DNA of 20,000 bases from an uncultured virus (IMG/VR IMGVR_UViG_3300018494_000116) (IMGVR_UViG_3300018494_000116:58728-78727); one strand, 5' to 3'. Positions 1 through 8,649 are shown, numbered from the stretch's first letter. Translations and numbers: made by a program. Notes: generated from the letters alone by a model not told the origin.

Positions 1-103
1 GATTAAGAGAATCATAAACGATCTGTAATGCTTCCCTAGTTTCGGTCTTTGTGGCCGCAACCGCTGTTTTAAGTTCTGTTCTGGTTATATCTTTACCCCA
101 CAT
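1..103 (-). CDS. Partial small phage protein (runs off the left edge; start uncertain)
   Basis: Open minus frame (M)WGKDITRTELKTAVAATKTETREALQIVYDSLN directly after the 93..326 gene; not in the ORF track; the start context looks damaged. Confidence 0.45.
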   Translation of the reverse strand, partial: MWGKDITRTELKTAVAATKTETREALQIVYDSLN

Positions 104-326
104 CTCCAAGGGCGGTCTGATAATCTGCTTCGGCAGCTTCGTCTTCGGTGCCACCTACGGGAATATCAGTTTCCTCGTAAGCAAACTGCGCATCCTCGAC
201 ATCAACCGCTTCATCATAGATTTCGTCTGTGCCAACCTTTCGGATTTGCACGCCCTTGTCGGAAAATCTCTTGATGAGTCTTACCGTTCCGTCTTTTTTT
301 GATTTATATGGAATTTCTATAATCAT
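93..326 (-). CDS. Small acidic phage protein, tail-fibre associated
   Basis: 77 aa ORF with GGAGG RBS; YDEAVDVE...YEETDIP type sequence typically follows tail-fibre genes. Confidence 0.7.
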   Translation of the reverse strand: MIIEIPYKSKKDGTVRLIKRFSDKGVQIRKVGTDEIYDEAVDVEDAQFAYEETDIPVGGTEDEAAEADYQTALGDVG

Positions 327-341
327 ATTACCCTCCGCAAA

Positions 342-806
342 TTATTGATATATTTCAATTTCATATTCGCAAGTAGTATCCCAACTGGTTGCACTATTAA
401 AACGATACGCAGTAATAAAACTTTCGGTCATTCTAAACTGTCCGTTGTTTGGAGTTCCTTCAATACCCACCATAGCATAGGTAACATTACCACTTGTATA
501 ATATGCTTTAACCGCACCAAGCTTTACATCCCAATCCAAACAGCATTCGTGAATTTTTCTCGATGATGTTATTGTTGGTGATATAGCCTTTATGGACACT
601 TTTTTTGCAATTCCGCCTAAAGGATTTTCAATTATAAAAGATATTGACGAGTCTGTTGTTGCGGTAAACTTGGCGTAATTGTTCGCTCCACCTGTTTCAA
701 TACTTGCAATCTCGCTCGGCATCTCGTCAAGTGTCATTTTGGCGGTCTTGCCCGTCTTTGCTCTTATTGCGCTTCCGATTGCATCAAGTTTTTCAATAAG
801 TGCCAT
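342..806 (-). CDS. Tail fibre/receptor-binding-related protein
   Basis: N-terminus LDAIGSAIRAKTGKTAKMTLDEMPSEIASI resembles the attachment segment of Firmicutes phage fibre proteins; start placed at ATG 806 (track uses 812). Confidence 0.6.
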   Translation of the reverse strand: MALIEKLDAIGSAIRAKTGKTAKMTLDEMPSEIASIETGGANNYAKFTATTDSSISFIIENPLGGIAKKVSIKAISPTITSSRKIHECCLDWDVKLGAVKAYYTSGNVTYAMVGIEGTPNNGQFRMTESFITAYRFNSATSWDTTCEYEIEIYQ

Positions 807-1542
807 TTTCAATTACCCCCAATGCTTTGTTGATAAGAGTAGACACATCTTCTTCGGTCAATATATCCTCTGTTCTTGCGATACTGTCGGGGATATACTT
901 TTCGTCGAGAGTCTTGATGGTTCCTACTAAGCCAGTAAGACAGGAAAGGCTAATTGGGTAGCTATCTACTTCACTATCTACATCGGTGACATATTGGAAC
1001 CAAGTACCTGCCGACATTGGTGGCTCTCCAAAAAGCGGGGCGTCGCTGTTTAATGTCACAACCATTCCGCCACTTATTTCGTGATCTGCCAACACTATAA
1101 TGACTGTAAGGTCGCCTAAAGTCTGGCTTTCGATAACTGCATTTGCATCGTATGTACTGCCGTTATTCCAAAAAGTAATGGTTGCTTGTGCCAAATCTTC
1201 CTCTGTCAAGAAACGATCAGACATCTTAACAAAGCAATAACCATCCCCATAATCAATATATTCACGACCAGTCAAATCACCATCAAAAGTGAGAACACCT
1301 TCGGTAACTTCCTCACCAAACGGCTTATCAGTAAGGTCGTTCCAAGAAGTTGCGCTACCACTATTAATTTCTGGCTTATTTCTTATATAATCGGGCTGAC
1401 TGGGATCTGTTTGTTCCCAGTCGGGTTGAACATTAATTTCTGGCAAATCATTAACATTTGTCTTGCCATCTCCCATTCTTAATCTGGGATATTTATATTT
1501 TTCATCGGGTTTTCTTACTACCAACTCTCTATCAAGTGGCAC
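793..1542 (-). CDS. Tail fibre-like protein with HylP (phage hyaluronidase) N-terminal-like motif; 5' end frameshifted
   Basis: RLRMGDGKTNVNDLP and QPDWEQTDPSQPDYIRNKP motifs typical of fibre proteins; the expected N-terminus lies in other frames up to 1621. Confidence 0.65.
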   Translation of the reverse strand: MPLDRELVVRKPDEKYKYPRLRMGDGKTNVNDLPEINVQPDWEQTDPSQPDYIRNKPEINSGSATSWNDLTDKPFGEEVTEGVLTFDGDLTGREYIDYGDGYCFVKMSDRFLTEEDLAQATITFWNNGSTYDANAVIESQTLGDLTVIIVLADHEISGGMVVTLNSDAPLFGEPPMSAGTWFQYVTDVDSEVDSYPISLSCLTGLVGTIKTLDEKYIPDSIARTEDILTEEDVSTLINKALGVIENGTY

Positions 1543-1662
1543 AAACCCTGTTGCTTTTTTAAATTTTCTTCTATGTCTCCCTTAATTTGGACACGAATTT
1601 GTTCAAAAGTTTTTGTTTCATTGGTTTCTCCGACAAATTGTCATTTCAAATTTTTTAGAGAA

Positions 1663-1689
1663 AGGCAAGTCATCATTTCGGACTTGCCT
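1663..1689 (-). terminator. Likely intrinsic terminator
   Basis: AGGCAAGTC/GACTTGCCT 9-bp stem just past the 1700 stop, followed by a short pyrimidine tail on minus. Confidence 0.55.
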
Positions 1690-1699
1690 ATTATAATTA

Positions 1700-2641
1700 T
1701 TAGTTATAATCTTTTGCTACTGCGTATTCAAAAAAGCCACCCAGCCCGTTAATTATATCTGATAGTGAATACAATTTATTATCATGATAGTTGTAGAATA
1801 ATAAATCTCCGTTGCCATTTATTGCAAAAGCAGTTCTTCTGTTATATTCATTTATGCCATTACCCACTTCAAACAAATAGTCACCGCCAACTCCATCATT
1901 ATATCTACCGAATGCTGCCGTACAGTCTTCTATAAGTTGTAATCCTATACCATGTGCAAATGATCCTTTACCTGAGACTTTGGTATCAAGACCACCTGCG
2001 TATACATACCAGTTATTAGCTATGCAATTCTTGCCACCTGCTTCTGAAGCATATCCCCAAGCTTTAGTTCCGATACCATGTGTAAACGATCCTCTACCAT
2101 AGGCGCCAGTTTTTTCACCTGCGGCCAAGGCTGAGGAATACTCCGCATTATAATCCAGCTTCTTACTTAAAGACTCGTTATCATTCTTGCCTTGAGTTAG
2201 TCTCCAATTAGCATAATTATTCGTTGCACTGTCATATTCAGCCTGAGTAAGACCAACCTGACATGCAGCACCTATAGCAAAACCAGCTCTCATAAATGCT
2301 TTGGTTTCTTTGCCAAAAGCTGCCGACCAATCTCCATTAACAATTACGCCTCCACCTGCAGCAAAAGATTGTTTTCCCTTTGCTTCAGTTTGAGGTTCGT
2401 CAGCAACGGCTTCGCCAGCCTTGTCAAAACGTTGACCACCAAATGCAACTGCACCCTCTCCAGAAGCAATGGCGCCTAAGGTTGTTGTACCATTTGACAT
2501 CGTAAAGCCCATCTGCTGAATAGAGCCTGCAGCTTTTCCAACTTCAAGACCTATTTGACACTCTATGATGCCCTCTTCCATTTTGATTAAGTGTTCTGCT
2601 TTTAACACTTGTCCACCTATAAAATTTTGTTTTGTATACAT
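1700..2641 (-). CDS. Tail fibre/adhesin with trimeric-autotransporter (YadA head)-like Gly/Ala repeats
   Basis: Repeats like A-x-G-x-x-S-F-A-x-G and C-terminal LFEVGNG...RRTAF; start moved to ATG 2641 behind GGAGG (track uses 2662). Confidence 0.7.
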   Translation of the reverse strand: MYTKQNFIGGQVLKAEHLIKMEEGIIECQIGLEVGKAAGSIQQMGFTMSNGTTTLGAIASGEGAVAFGGQRFDKAGEAVADEPQTEAKGKQSFAAGGGVIVNGDWSAAFGKETKAFMRAGFAIGAACQVGLTQAEYDSATNNYANWRLTQGKNDNESLSKKLDYNAEYSSALAAGEKTGAYGRGSFTHGIGTKAWGYASEAGGKNCIANNWYVYAGGLDTKVSGKGSFAHGIGLQLIEDCTAAFGRYNDGVGGDYLFEVGNGINEYNRRTAFAINGNGDLLFYNYHDNKLYSLSDIINGLGGFFEYAVAKDYN

Positions 2642-2654
2642 TGTCAACCTCCAA

Positions 2655-2891
2655 TTATACAATTGTATTGTTTAATTCTGTTTCATTTATATTTACTGTG
2701 CCGCAATCTAAAATAATCTCAGTATCCTGTTCAATATTTAAATCTTCCATCAATCCAGACTTTGCTACTTTTGCAAGTTCTTGCATTTTAAGTTCAATTA
2801 ATTTATTAATACTTGCAATAGAAACAGCAGAACCATCGGAACATAAACGCACAGGTGATTTTTGTCTTGATGCAACTTTAAGCTTTATCAT
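2655..2891 (-). CDS. Hypothetical protein
   Basis: 78 aa ORF overlapping the upstream gene; IILDCG motif near the C-terminus. Confidence 0.6.
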   Translation of the reverse strand: MIKLKVASRQKSPVRLCSDGSAVSIASINKLIELKMQELAKVAKSGLMEDLNIEQDTEIILDCGTVNINETELNNTIV

Positions 2892-3225
2892 TATGCATCA
2901 CCTCTTTGTTTAAACAGGAGCGTATATACCAATAATCTATTTCAGTTGAGTCAATTGTACCATCTATAAATTCCATTCTTGCTTGAACTGGAATTTGATT
3001 TGTCCAATTTTGTGTTTCTTGCTGTGTCAACCATACGGAAAACACATTGTTTGCCGCATTAAACTCAATCTTTGGATCTTGCGGCCAATATTTAATTACT
3101 TGATGTTTACCTTTTACATCAAATGTAAATTCTACACAGACAAAGTTAGACGCATCCAAAATTGTATCTTCTTCGTCATAAAAGCAAAAATCTACATATC
3201 CTTCGGTGTTTTGTCCAAGTATCAT
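2878..3225 (-). CDS. Putative baseplate (BppU N-terminal-like) protein
   Basis: 115 aa, GAGGT RBS, own promoter; VWLTQQET...VQAR pattern resembles BppU-like domains. Confidence 0.5.
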   Translation of the reverse strand: MILGQNTEGYVDFCFYDEEDTILDASNFVCVEFTFDVKGKHQVIKYWPQDPKIEFNAANNVFSVWLTQQETQNWTNQIPVQARMEFIDGTIDSTEIDYWYIRSCLNKEVMHNDKA

Positions 3226-3265
3226 ATTGACACCTCTTCATTATTGTTTTCTTCTTCTCTATTTT

Positions 3266-3294
3266 ATTATATCACAGTTTCTATATTTTGTCAA
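3266..3294 (-). promoter_or_regulatory. sigma70/sigmaA promoter
   Basis: TTGACA-17 nt-TATAAT with extended -10 TG. Confidence 0.85.
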
Positions 3295-3301
3295 ATTTAA
3301 A

Positions 3302-3322
3302 AGGGCGGTCTCAAACCGCCCT
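3302..3322 (-). terminator. Intrinsic terminator
   Basis: AGGGCGGT/ACCGCCCT stem plus T-rich tail right after the 3326 stop. Confidence 0.75.
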
Positions 3323-3325
3323 ATC

Positions 3326-3790
3326 TTATAACCACGACCAGTAATTTGCTGCAGCTTTATTTCCCAATTCTGTTGCTTGTCCTTCAAACCAAATGGAGTC
3401 ATAAGGCGGTAATACTTTTCGTGTTTTTGGATAAAACCGCTTCATATAAATTATTCTCCACCAGTAGCGTATAATACTAGGTATCCAAATTACAAATATA
3501 TACAAAGGGCCCCACCACATATTTTGTATGCCATGTCCATATTCATGCGCGCAAATACTTTCATTAAGTCGGCCTCGCATAAAAAACATACCAAGCTCTA
3601 ATCCACCAAAATTCCATGGTATGACAATACAAATAGAATTACGATATTTATAAAAAGTGCAACAATGTCTATGTTTAAAGATCCAATAAACGCTATCAAC
3701 TACTAAGACACATAAACATACAAGAGCCCCGATAATATTTAATGCTATGCCCCAAGTCCATTGTATGACATAATACATCCACTTTTTCAT
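3326..3790 (-). CDS. Membrane protein with HExxH motif (putative zinc metallopeptidase)
   Basis: Hydrophobic segments, HEYGH and a downstream WFEGQA glutamate. Confidence 0.65.
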   Translation of the reverse strand: MKKWMYYVIQWTWGIALNIIGALVCLCVLVVDSVYWIFKHRHCCTFYKYRNSICIVIPWNFGGLELGMFFMRGRLNESICAHEYGHGIQNMWWGPLYIFVIWIPSIIRYWWRIIYMKRFYPKTRKVLPPYDSIWFEGQATELGNKAAANYWSWL

Positions 3791-3793
3791 ATC

Positions 3794-4285
3794 TTATTCT
3801 CCTGTTGAGCCAAAACCACCATTGCGAATCTGATTACTTGCTTCGCCACAACGATAATAAGGTAAAACAATTCCTTGCACAAAACGATCTCCGTCGCCCA
3901 AAAAGAACTCTTTTTCAGCGGATACAGAAGCCATAATATGACCTTCGTTGTTAGACAAACAATAGTCTGCATCAATGATACCAATTGTATTGCGCAGTCT
4001 TAATCCAAACTTTACGCCAAGCCCACTACGAGGAGCAATAATAAGTACCTTGTCTAGATCTCCTTCTTCTGTTACCCATCTTATACCTGTTGGTATCAAT
4101 ATTGGTGTAGAAGACACATATATCGGAATTGGACAATAAAAATCATGTCCAGCCGCATATTGAGAGCTTGCTTTAGGAAGTTGTATATTATTATAAAAAT
4201 TTATAATTTCTTTTTCTGTAAAAGTATCAGTGTTGTTATCAAACCATTCTTTCCAATTGTCATAACTAATTTTTTCAAAATGCAT
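3794..4285 (-). CDS. dut: Trimeric dUTPase
   Basis: Motifs AGHD, PRSG, GIIDADY, QG, RNGGFGSTG. Confidence 0.95.
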   Translation of the reverse strand: MHFEKISYDNWKEWFDNNTDTFTEKEIINFYNNIQLPKASSQYAAGHDFYCPIPIYVSSTPILIPTGIRWVTEEGDLDKVLIIAPRSGLGVKFGLRLRNTIGIIDADYCLSNNEGHIMASVSAEKEFFLGDGDRFVQGIVLPYYRCGEASNQIRNGGFGSTGE

Positions 4286-4838
4286 GAATGTTTTCCCTTT
4301 CTTTTATTAAAATTGTTTTTAACTGTTCAAATGCTATTTCAAAATGTGTATTGTGTACACAATAATCATAAGAGCGCCAGTGTTCATATTCTGAAAATTG
4401 CACATCTTCTGCTTCGCATTTGTTTATAAATTGTTTTATAGTATTGGGATCGCGTAATAAGGCTCTCTTCTCTCTGTCTAAAGTGGGCGCGCTAATATAA
4501 ATAGTTACGAAGCGTACCTCATCCTTCATATTCTTTTTTAAATTTTCAAAACCAAGAGGGTCGATTATATATATATCTTTATTTTTTATCTCATCTTTTG
4601 TTGTCCAATAATAGTTTGCGCCTATTTGGGTTTGTGCTGCAATACTCATAGTATTTTCAGCCGCAATCAATTCATCCATAGCAGAGAAGTAATAATTTAT
4701 ACCTTCTTTTTCTCCATAGCGAGGTTGTCTAGTTGTATGACTAACAACTTTTTGTAACCCCAATTGTTCACAAACTGCATTAGTCAGCGTATCTTTTCCC
4801 GTGGCACTTCTGCCTATTATACAAAATAATGTATTCAT
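4275..4838 (-). CDS. gmk: Guanylate kinase
   Basis: P-loop GRSATGKDT and SHTTRQPRYGEKEGINYYF. Confidence 0.92.
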   Translation of the reverse strand: MNTLFCIIGRSATGKDTLTNAVCEQLGLQKVVSHTTRQPRYGEKEGINYYFSAMDELIAAENTMSIAAQTQIGANYYWTTKDEIKNKDIYIIDPLGFENLKKNMKDEVRFVTIYISAPTLDREKRALLRDPNTIKQFINKCEAEDVQFSEYEHWRSYDYCVHNTHFEIAFEQLKTILIKERENIHAF

Positions 4839-4856
4839 TATCCACCTAAAAGTAAA

Positions 4857-4875
4857 GCGCCCATTTATAGGGCGC
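4857..4875 (-). terminator. Likely intrinsic terminator
   Basis: GCGCCC/GGGCGC stem followed by TTTACTTTT. Confidence 0.65.
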
Positions 4876-4879
4876 CGTA

Positions 4880-5293
4880 TTAATCTTCGACATTATCAAA
4901 GCCGATAACACCATTTCTTCTACATTCTTCTTCGTACGAGCGCACATAATCCATACAATCTTCTATATAAGAGTTGCCGCCTTTTGAGGTATATTTGTCA
5001 TATGCATGATGAATATGTTCCAAATAATCTGAACTAGCTATATAGCCATTTTGTAACTTATTCACACAATTTATAATATCTGTACGAAGTCTATCCATCT
5101 CATTCTCATCAACTTGTTTATTCAATAGCTCAAGCTTTTTGAGAATATTGTCAAGAATAGCGTTCTTTTCATCTTGCTCTTTTTTTGCTTCTTTTTCTGC
5201 TTTGGTACGTTTAACATCATAATATTTTACAATACCCCAAACTGTACCAATAAGAGTTGCAGTAGCACCAACTAAGCCTATGATAAGTTCCAT
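4880..5293 (-). CDS. Phage membrane protein, possibly holin-like
   Basis: N-terminal TM helix, coiled coil and YDKYTSKGGNSY motif. Confidence 0.55.
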   Translation of the reverse strand: MELIIGLVGATATLIGTVWGIVKYYDVKRTKAEKEAKKEQDEKNAILDNILKKLELLNKQVDENEMDRLRTDIINCVNKLQNGYIASSDYLEHIHHAYDKYTSKGGNSYIEDCMDYVRSYEEECRRNGVIGFDNVED

Positions 5294-5329
5294 TCATTAC
5301 CTCGTAAGACTCCCCTTTCTTACATTTAT

Positions 5330-5358
5330 ATTATACCACACTTTGGCTGAGGAGTCAA
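5330..5358 (-). promoter_or_regulatory. sigma70/sigmaA promoter
   Basis: TTGACT-17-TATAAT with TG. Confidence 0.8.
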
Positions 5359-5364
5359 ATTTAG

Positions 5365-5640
5365 TTATATAATAAACGAAAATGAGGACATAAAACTTGG
5401 AATTTTAGCAAGTAATTTTTTAAACAAATTAGTTACTTCTTCATCTGTCATAATATCATTAACTTCTTCAAGCTTTTTAAAAACAATATCAAATTCATCA
5501 CAAGCAGTAGTAAAGTGAGTTTCAATCTCATTCATTATTTTCATTTTCTTGTTATGTTCTACTCTATGTGCCTTTTCAGCCTTTTTCAATTCTTCCTCAG
5601 AATCAAATAATTTTTTAAGTTCTTCACTGTAAAATTTCAT
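5365..5640 (-). CDS. Hypothetical helical protein
   Basis: 91 aa ORF with AAGGAG RBS. Confidence 0.75.
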   Translation of the reverse strand: MKFYSEELKKLFDSEEELKKAEKAHRVEHNKKMKIMNEIETHFTTACDEFDIVFKKLEEVNDIMTDEEVTNLFKKLLAKIPSFMSSFSFII

Positions 5641-5666
5641 TTCATTTCTCCTTTTAAAAATACTTA

Positions 5667-5688
5667 AAGGGGAGATACCGCTCCCCTT
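5667..5688 (-). terminator. Hairpin (terminator or leader attenuator)
   Basis: AAGGGGAG/CTCCCCTT stem between promoter 5748-5776 and the 5640 start; weak U tail. Confidence 0.4.
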
Positions 5689-5747
5689 ACCCCATTACGA
5701 AAGTAAAGACGGGTCTCTTTGGTCTTTTTAATTTACTTTCTGAAATT

Positions 5748-5776
5748 ATTATAACATAAATTGGGGCTTTTGTCAA
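5748..5776 (-). promoter_or_regulatory. sigma70/sigmaA promoter
   Basis: TTGACA-17-TATAAT with TG. Confidence 0.85.
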
Positions 5777-5778
5777 TT

Positions 5779-6237
5779 TTACTTCCATTTAGCTGGATCG
5801 CCGATAACTTTATAGCACCCAATAATAAATTGTTTATATTCTTCTGATGTTATTCCTAATAAGGTATAATCAAGTTCTTGTAATTTAGGCGCAAGCTCTC
5901 GATGTGCTTGAGCAACACGGTTTTGCGGCGCATGCTTATATATTGAATAAATTTGTTCGCGCGGAATAAGAAGAAATTTTAAAATAGTAATGTAATAATA
6001 ATCATTACTAGACCATTTTTGCTCTAAAGGCTTCAGCCGCAATAATTTGTCCAAAACAAGCAATCTTTGTTTCTGTTCCACGGAAAGAAATTTAAGAGTA
6101 GGTTCGATACTTTCTTTTTGTTTTCTTATCCTTGCTATTGTATCTTCTCCACAACCCATTACAATTGCGATATGTCGGTTGTGATAGCCGCGATTACAAA
6201 GTTCTACGATTGCGTTTTTATTATATATTGCTGTCAC
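5779..6237 (-). CDS. Hypothetical protein with N-terminal HTH-like segment
   Basis: GTG start overlapping the thyX end; GYHNRHIAIVMGCGEDTIARI is HTH-like. Confidence 0.6.
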   Translation of the reverse strand: MTAIYNKNAIVELCNRGYHNRHIAIVMGCGEDTIARIRKQKESIEPTLKFLSVEQKQRLLVLDKLLRLKPLEQKWSSNDYYYITILKFLLIPREQIYSIYKHAPQNRVAQAHRELAPKLQELDYTLLGITSEEYKQFIIGCYKVIGDPAKWK

Positions 6238-6871
6238 AAGAAATATTTATATCTTCTACAAATATACCAAAACCATTGGCTATCATAAGTTCATACATTT
6301 TGGTTGCGATAATACGTATATCACCATGGGCATATTTGCTAGAACGCAATTTAATAAAATGACGTAACTCACGCATATTCATTGTAACAATTATTTTAGT
6401 TGCTAAACAATTAGGCAATACACATCTTGCAACATCAGGGCTAAAACCAGCTTCCAACATTTTTAAATATTCCCGTTCTGCAGAACGAGTGGCTCTATCA
6501 ATGGCATGAACTGCTGTTTCATAGCCTCGATCTTGAAACCACCATGGTTTGATGAAGGTCAATCCACTACCAAATTTGCTTTTATTATATGCACAATAGC
6601 GAGTAGACTCCTGTGAATAAGAGGCTAATCTATGTCTAACAAGTTCATGCGAAACTCCGCGATCACAAATAATTTCAAAAGTTAAACTTCCGTGTTCTAT
6701 GACTGATTCATGTCCGCGCTTAATGCATCCGCGAACAAGTTTTTCTGCTGTGCCTTCTGCAATTTTATCTTCGCTACGATAACAGGTTCTAGTAGCTAGT
6801 TCAATGCGGGCAAGTATGTCTGCGGCAGGCTCAGTAGTTAATAGTTTAACACTAGAGTCAATCCATTGCAT
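6221..6871 (-). CDS. thyX: FAD-dependent thymidylate synthase
   Basis: GHESVIEH and the ThyX signature RHRLASYSQESTRY. Confidence 0.97.
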   Translation of the reverse strand: MQWIDSSVKLLTTEPAADILARIELATRTCYRSEDKIAEGTAEKLVRGCIKRGHESVIEHGSLTFEIICDRGVSHELVRHRLASYSQESTRYCAYNKSKFGSGLTFIKPWWFQDRGYETAVHAIDRATRSAEREYLKMLEAGFSPDVARCVLPNCLATKIIVTMNMRELRHFIKLRSSKYAHGDIRIIATKMYELMIANGFGIFVEDINISCDSNI

Positions 6872-6872
6872 A

Positions 6873-7094
6873 TTAACCCTCCGCTATGTATTCCTCGGCA
6901 TACTTGTAGGTTATTTCTGAAAGGTACCAGTCTGCTACCTCAACCCCTTTGCTTTTCTTAGCCTTTCTTACATATCCACTTTTCTTAATTTCAAAGCCTT
7001 CTTCTTTTGCTCTCTTGCGCTCTGCGTCAATAAACTCTACTGCTTCGCGTTCAGTATCATGTTTAACTTTAATTGTTTCTTGAATTTTTTCCAT
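6873..7094 (-). CDS. Hypothetical protein
   Basis: Start moved to MEKIQ (ATG 7094, AAAGGAG RBS); the track's 7202 start overlaps folD. Confidence 0.75.
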   Translation of the reverse strand: MEKIQETIKVKHDTEREAVEFIDAERKRAKEEGFEIKKSGYVRKAKKSKGVEVADWYLSEITYKYAEEYIAEG

Positions 7095-7108
7095 TGTTTT
7101 TTCTCCTT

Positions 7109-7957
7109 TTATATAGTTACACTTCTTTGTGCATGAAATGTATTCATCATAAGCATTGCGACTGTCATTGGTCCGACACCACCTGGCACAGGAGTAATCC
7201 AACTTGCAACCTCTTTGACTTCATCAAAGTCTACGTCTCCAACCAACTTGCCTTCTGCTGTTCTGTTTATGCCCCCATCAATTACAACAGCACCAGGCTT
7301 CACCATATCTACCGTAATCAGTCCCGGCTTGCCGACAGCGACTATGAGGATGTCTGCCTGTCTGGTCATCTCTGTGAGGTTCCTCGTGCGGGAATGACAA
7401 ATGGTTACCGTAGCATTGTTATTGAGTGCGAGAAGTGCAACGGGTTTGCCCACGATTTCACTTCTACCTACTACAACAACGTGCTTGCCGGTGAGGTGTA
7501 TGCCGTTTTCGTGGAGTAGCCACATAATACCCTTCGCTGTACAGGGTTCGTGCCATGCTCTGTCTTCATGTAGCAAGCCCATATTCTCACTGGTTAGACC
7601 ATCTACGTCTTTTTCGGGCGGTATTCTATCTATCAAAGAGCCGTCATCCCATCCCTCTGGAAGCGGTAATTGGACCATAATACCGTCTATCTCGGGATTC
7701 TCGGCATCCATTTCTATGCTTTTTATCACTTGGTACCAGTTACTGGGTTTCAGTTCGGCAGGACATTCACGAACAATCGCGTGGATACCTACCCTCTCCG
7801 CAGCATGCACCTTATTTCGTACATACACAGCAGAAGCCGGGTCATCGCCAATGCGATAAATGACCAGCGTGGGCGGGTCATTATCGTGGAGGTTTTTATT
7901 TATTAGTTCAAGTGCTTGCTCGGAGCAAGTCTTTCCGTCAAGAATTCTTGCCGCCAT
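7109..7957 (-). CDS. folD: Bifunctional methylene-THF dehydrogenase/cyclohydrolase
   Basis: YVRNK, VQLPLP, KDVDG, PCTAKG, GRSEIVGKP, TPVPGGVGPMT; start MAARILDGK at 7957 after AGGAG (track uses 8005). Confidence 0.97.
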   Translation of the reverse strand: MAARILDGKTCSEQALELINKNLHDNDPPTLVIYRIGDDPASAVYVRNKVHAAERVGIHAIVRECPAELKPSNWYQVIKSIEMDAENPEIDGIMVQLPLPEGWDDGSLIDRIPPEKDVDGLTSENMGLLHEDRAWHEPCTAKGIMWLLHENGIHLTGKHVVVVGRSEIVGKPVALLALNNNATVTICHSRTRNLTEMTRQADILIVAVGKPGLITVDMVKPGAVVIDGGINRTAEGKLVGDVDFDEVKEVASWITPVPGGVGPMTVAMLMMNTFHAQRSVTI

Positions 7958-8111
7958 TCTTATACTCCTGTAGAATTTCATCGCGGTATTTGTTTGGTAC
8001 GACATCTTCTTTTACACAAAAAGAGTTGTTGCACCCAAAACGCAAATTACCGAAACTATCTTTGCCGCAATAATTAGATTTTGTACAATTTATACATTCT
8101 GTTTTAATCAT
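7938..8111 (-). CDS. Small Cys-rich hypothetical protein
   Basis: MIKTECINCTK... 57 aa; ATGA overlap with the upstream gene and GGGAG RBS. Confidence 0.6.
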   Translation of the reverse strand: MIKTECINCTKSNYCGKDSFGNLRFGCNNSFCVKEDVVPNKYRDEILQEYKNGGKNS

Positions 8112-8317
8112 AAATAAACTCCCTTCACATATTCTTCTGCTGTAACTGCTTGAAAATTTGCGAAAATTGCCCATAATATACCTGTTACTCCTGCTACAAA
8201 CGCTCCATATTGTATACATGCGCATAAAAATGCAATAGCACAAATCATTGAAAAGCCAGCGCTAAAACATAAACAAAAGGCAATAAAAAGCCTTATTAGT
8301 TTTTCATATAACTTCAT
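8108..8317 (-). CDS. Small membrane protein
   Basis: 69 aa, two hydrophobic stretches, AAAGGAG RBS, own promoter. Confidence 0.75.
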   Translation of the reverse strand: MKLYEKLIRLFIAFCLCFSAGFSMICAIAFLCACIQYGAFVAGVTGILWAIFANFQAVTAEEYVKGVYL

Positions 8318-8338
8318 CTGCTTCTCCTTTCTAATATT

Positions 8339-8367
8339 ATTATACCATAAAATTTAAAAAAAATCAA
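8339..8367 (-). promoter_or_regulatory. sigma70/sigmaA promoter
   Basis: TTGATT-17-TATAAT with TG. Confidence 0.8.
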
Positions 8368-8385
8368 ATTTTTTCAAAAAGAAAA

Positions 8386-8403
8386 TCCCGAATAAATTCG
8401 GGA
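8386..8403 (-). terminator. Intrinsic terminator closing the RNA-array transcript
   Basis: TCCCGAAT/ATTCGGGA stem followed by TTTTCTTTTT on minus. Confidence 0.75.
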
Positions 8404-8408
8404 CTAAT

Positions 8409-8531
8409 TTAGGAATATTTCTTCAATTCTCTTTCGAGCTTCTTGCGTATCGGCCAATTGTCTTTACCATTGGTAGCCAATCTTGCAAGACGATTTTCAA
8501 TAATGAGCTTACGAAGTTCTTTGGTATACAT
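8409..8531 (-). CDS. Small basic protein (40 aa), below the ORF-track cutoff
   Basis: MYTKELRKLIIENRLARLATNGKDNWPIRKKLERELKKYS; AGGAG 8 nt upstream; terminator directly downstream. Confidence 0.75.
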   Translation of the reverse strand: MYTKELRKLIIENRLARLATNGKDNWPIRKKLERELKKYS

Positions 8532-8558
8532 AATAGCATCTCCTGACTTATTTAATAC

Positions 8559-8632
8559 TGGTACAGAATGTCGGTGCCGCCCCGCTACTCAAGTTCCCAA
8601 AACTCGTATGTTACTGTTACATCACATTCTGT
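8559..8632 (-). tRNA. tRNA-Pro(TGG), atypical 8/4 or 9/3 acceptor branch
   Basis: ACAGAATG/CATTCTGT acceptor, D arm ATGT/ACAT, AC stem CGAGT/ACTTG with loop TT-TGG-GA, T-loop GGCGGCA, A-CCA end. Confidence 0.75.
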
Positions 8633-8649
8633 ATATTTATTTACGGTTT

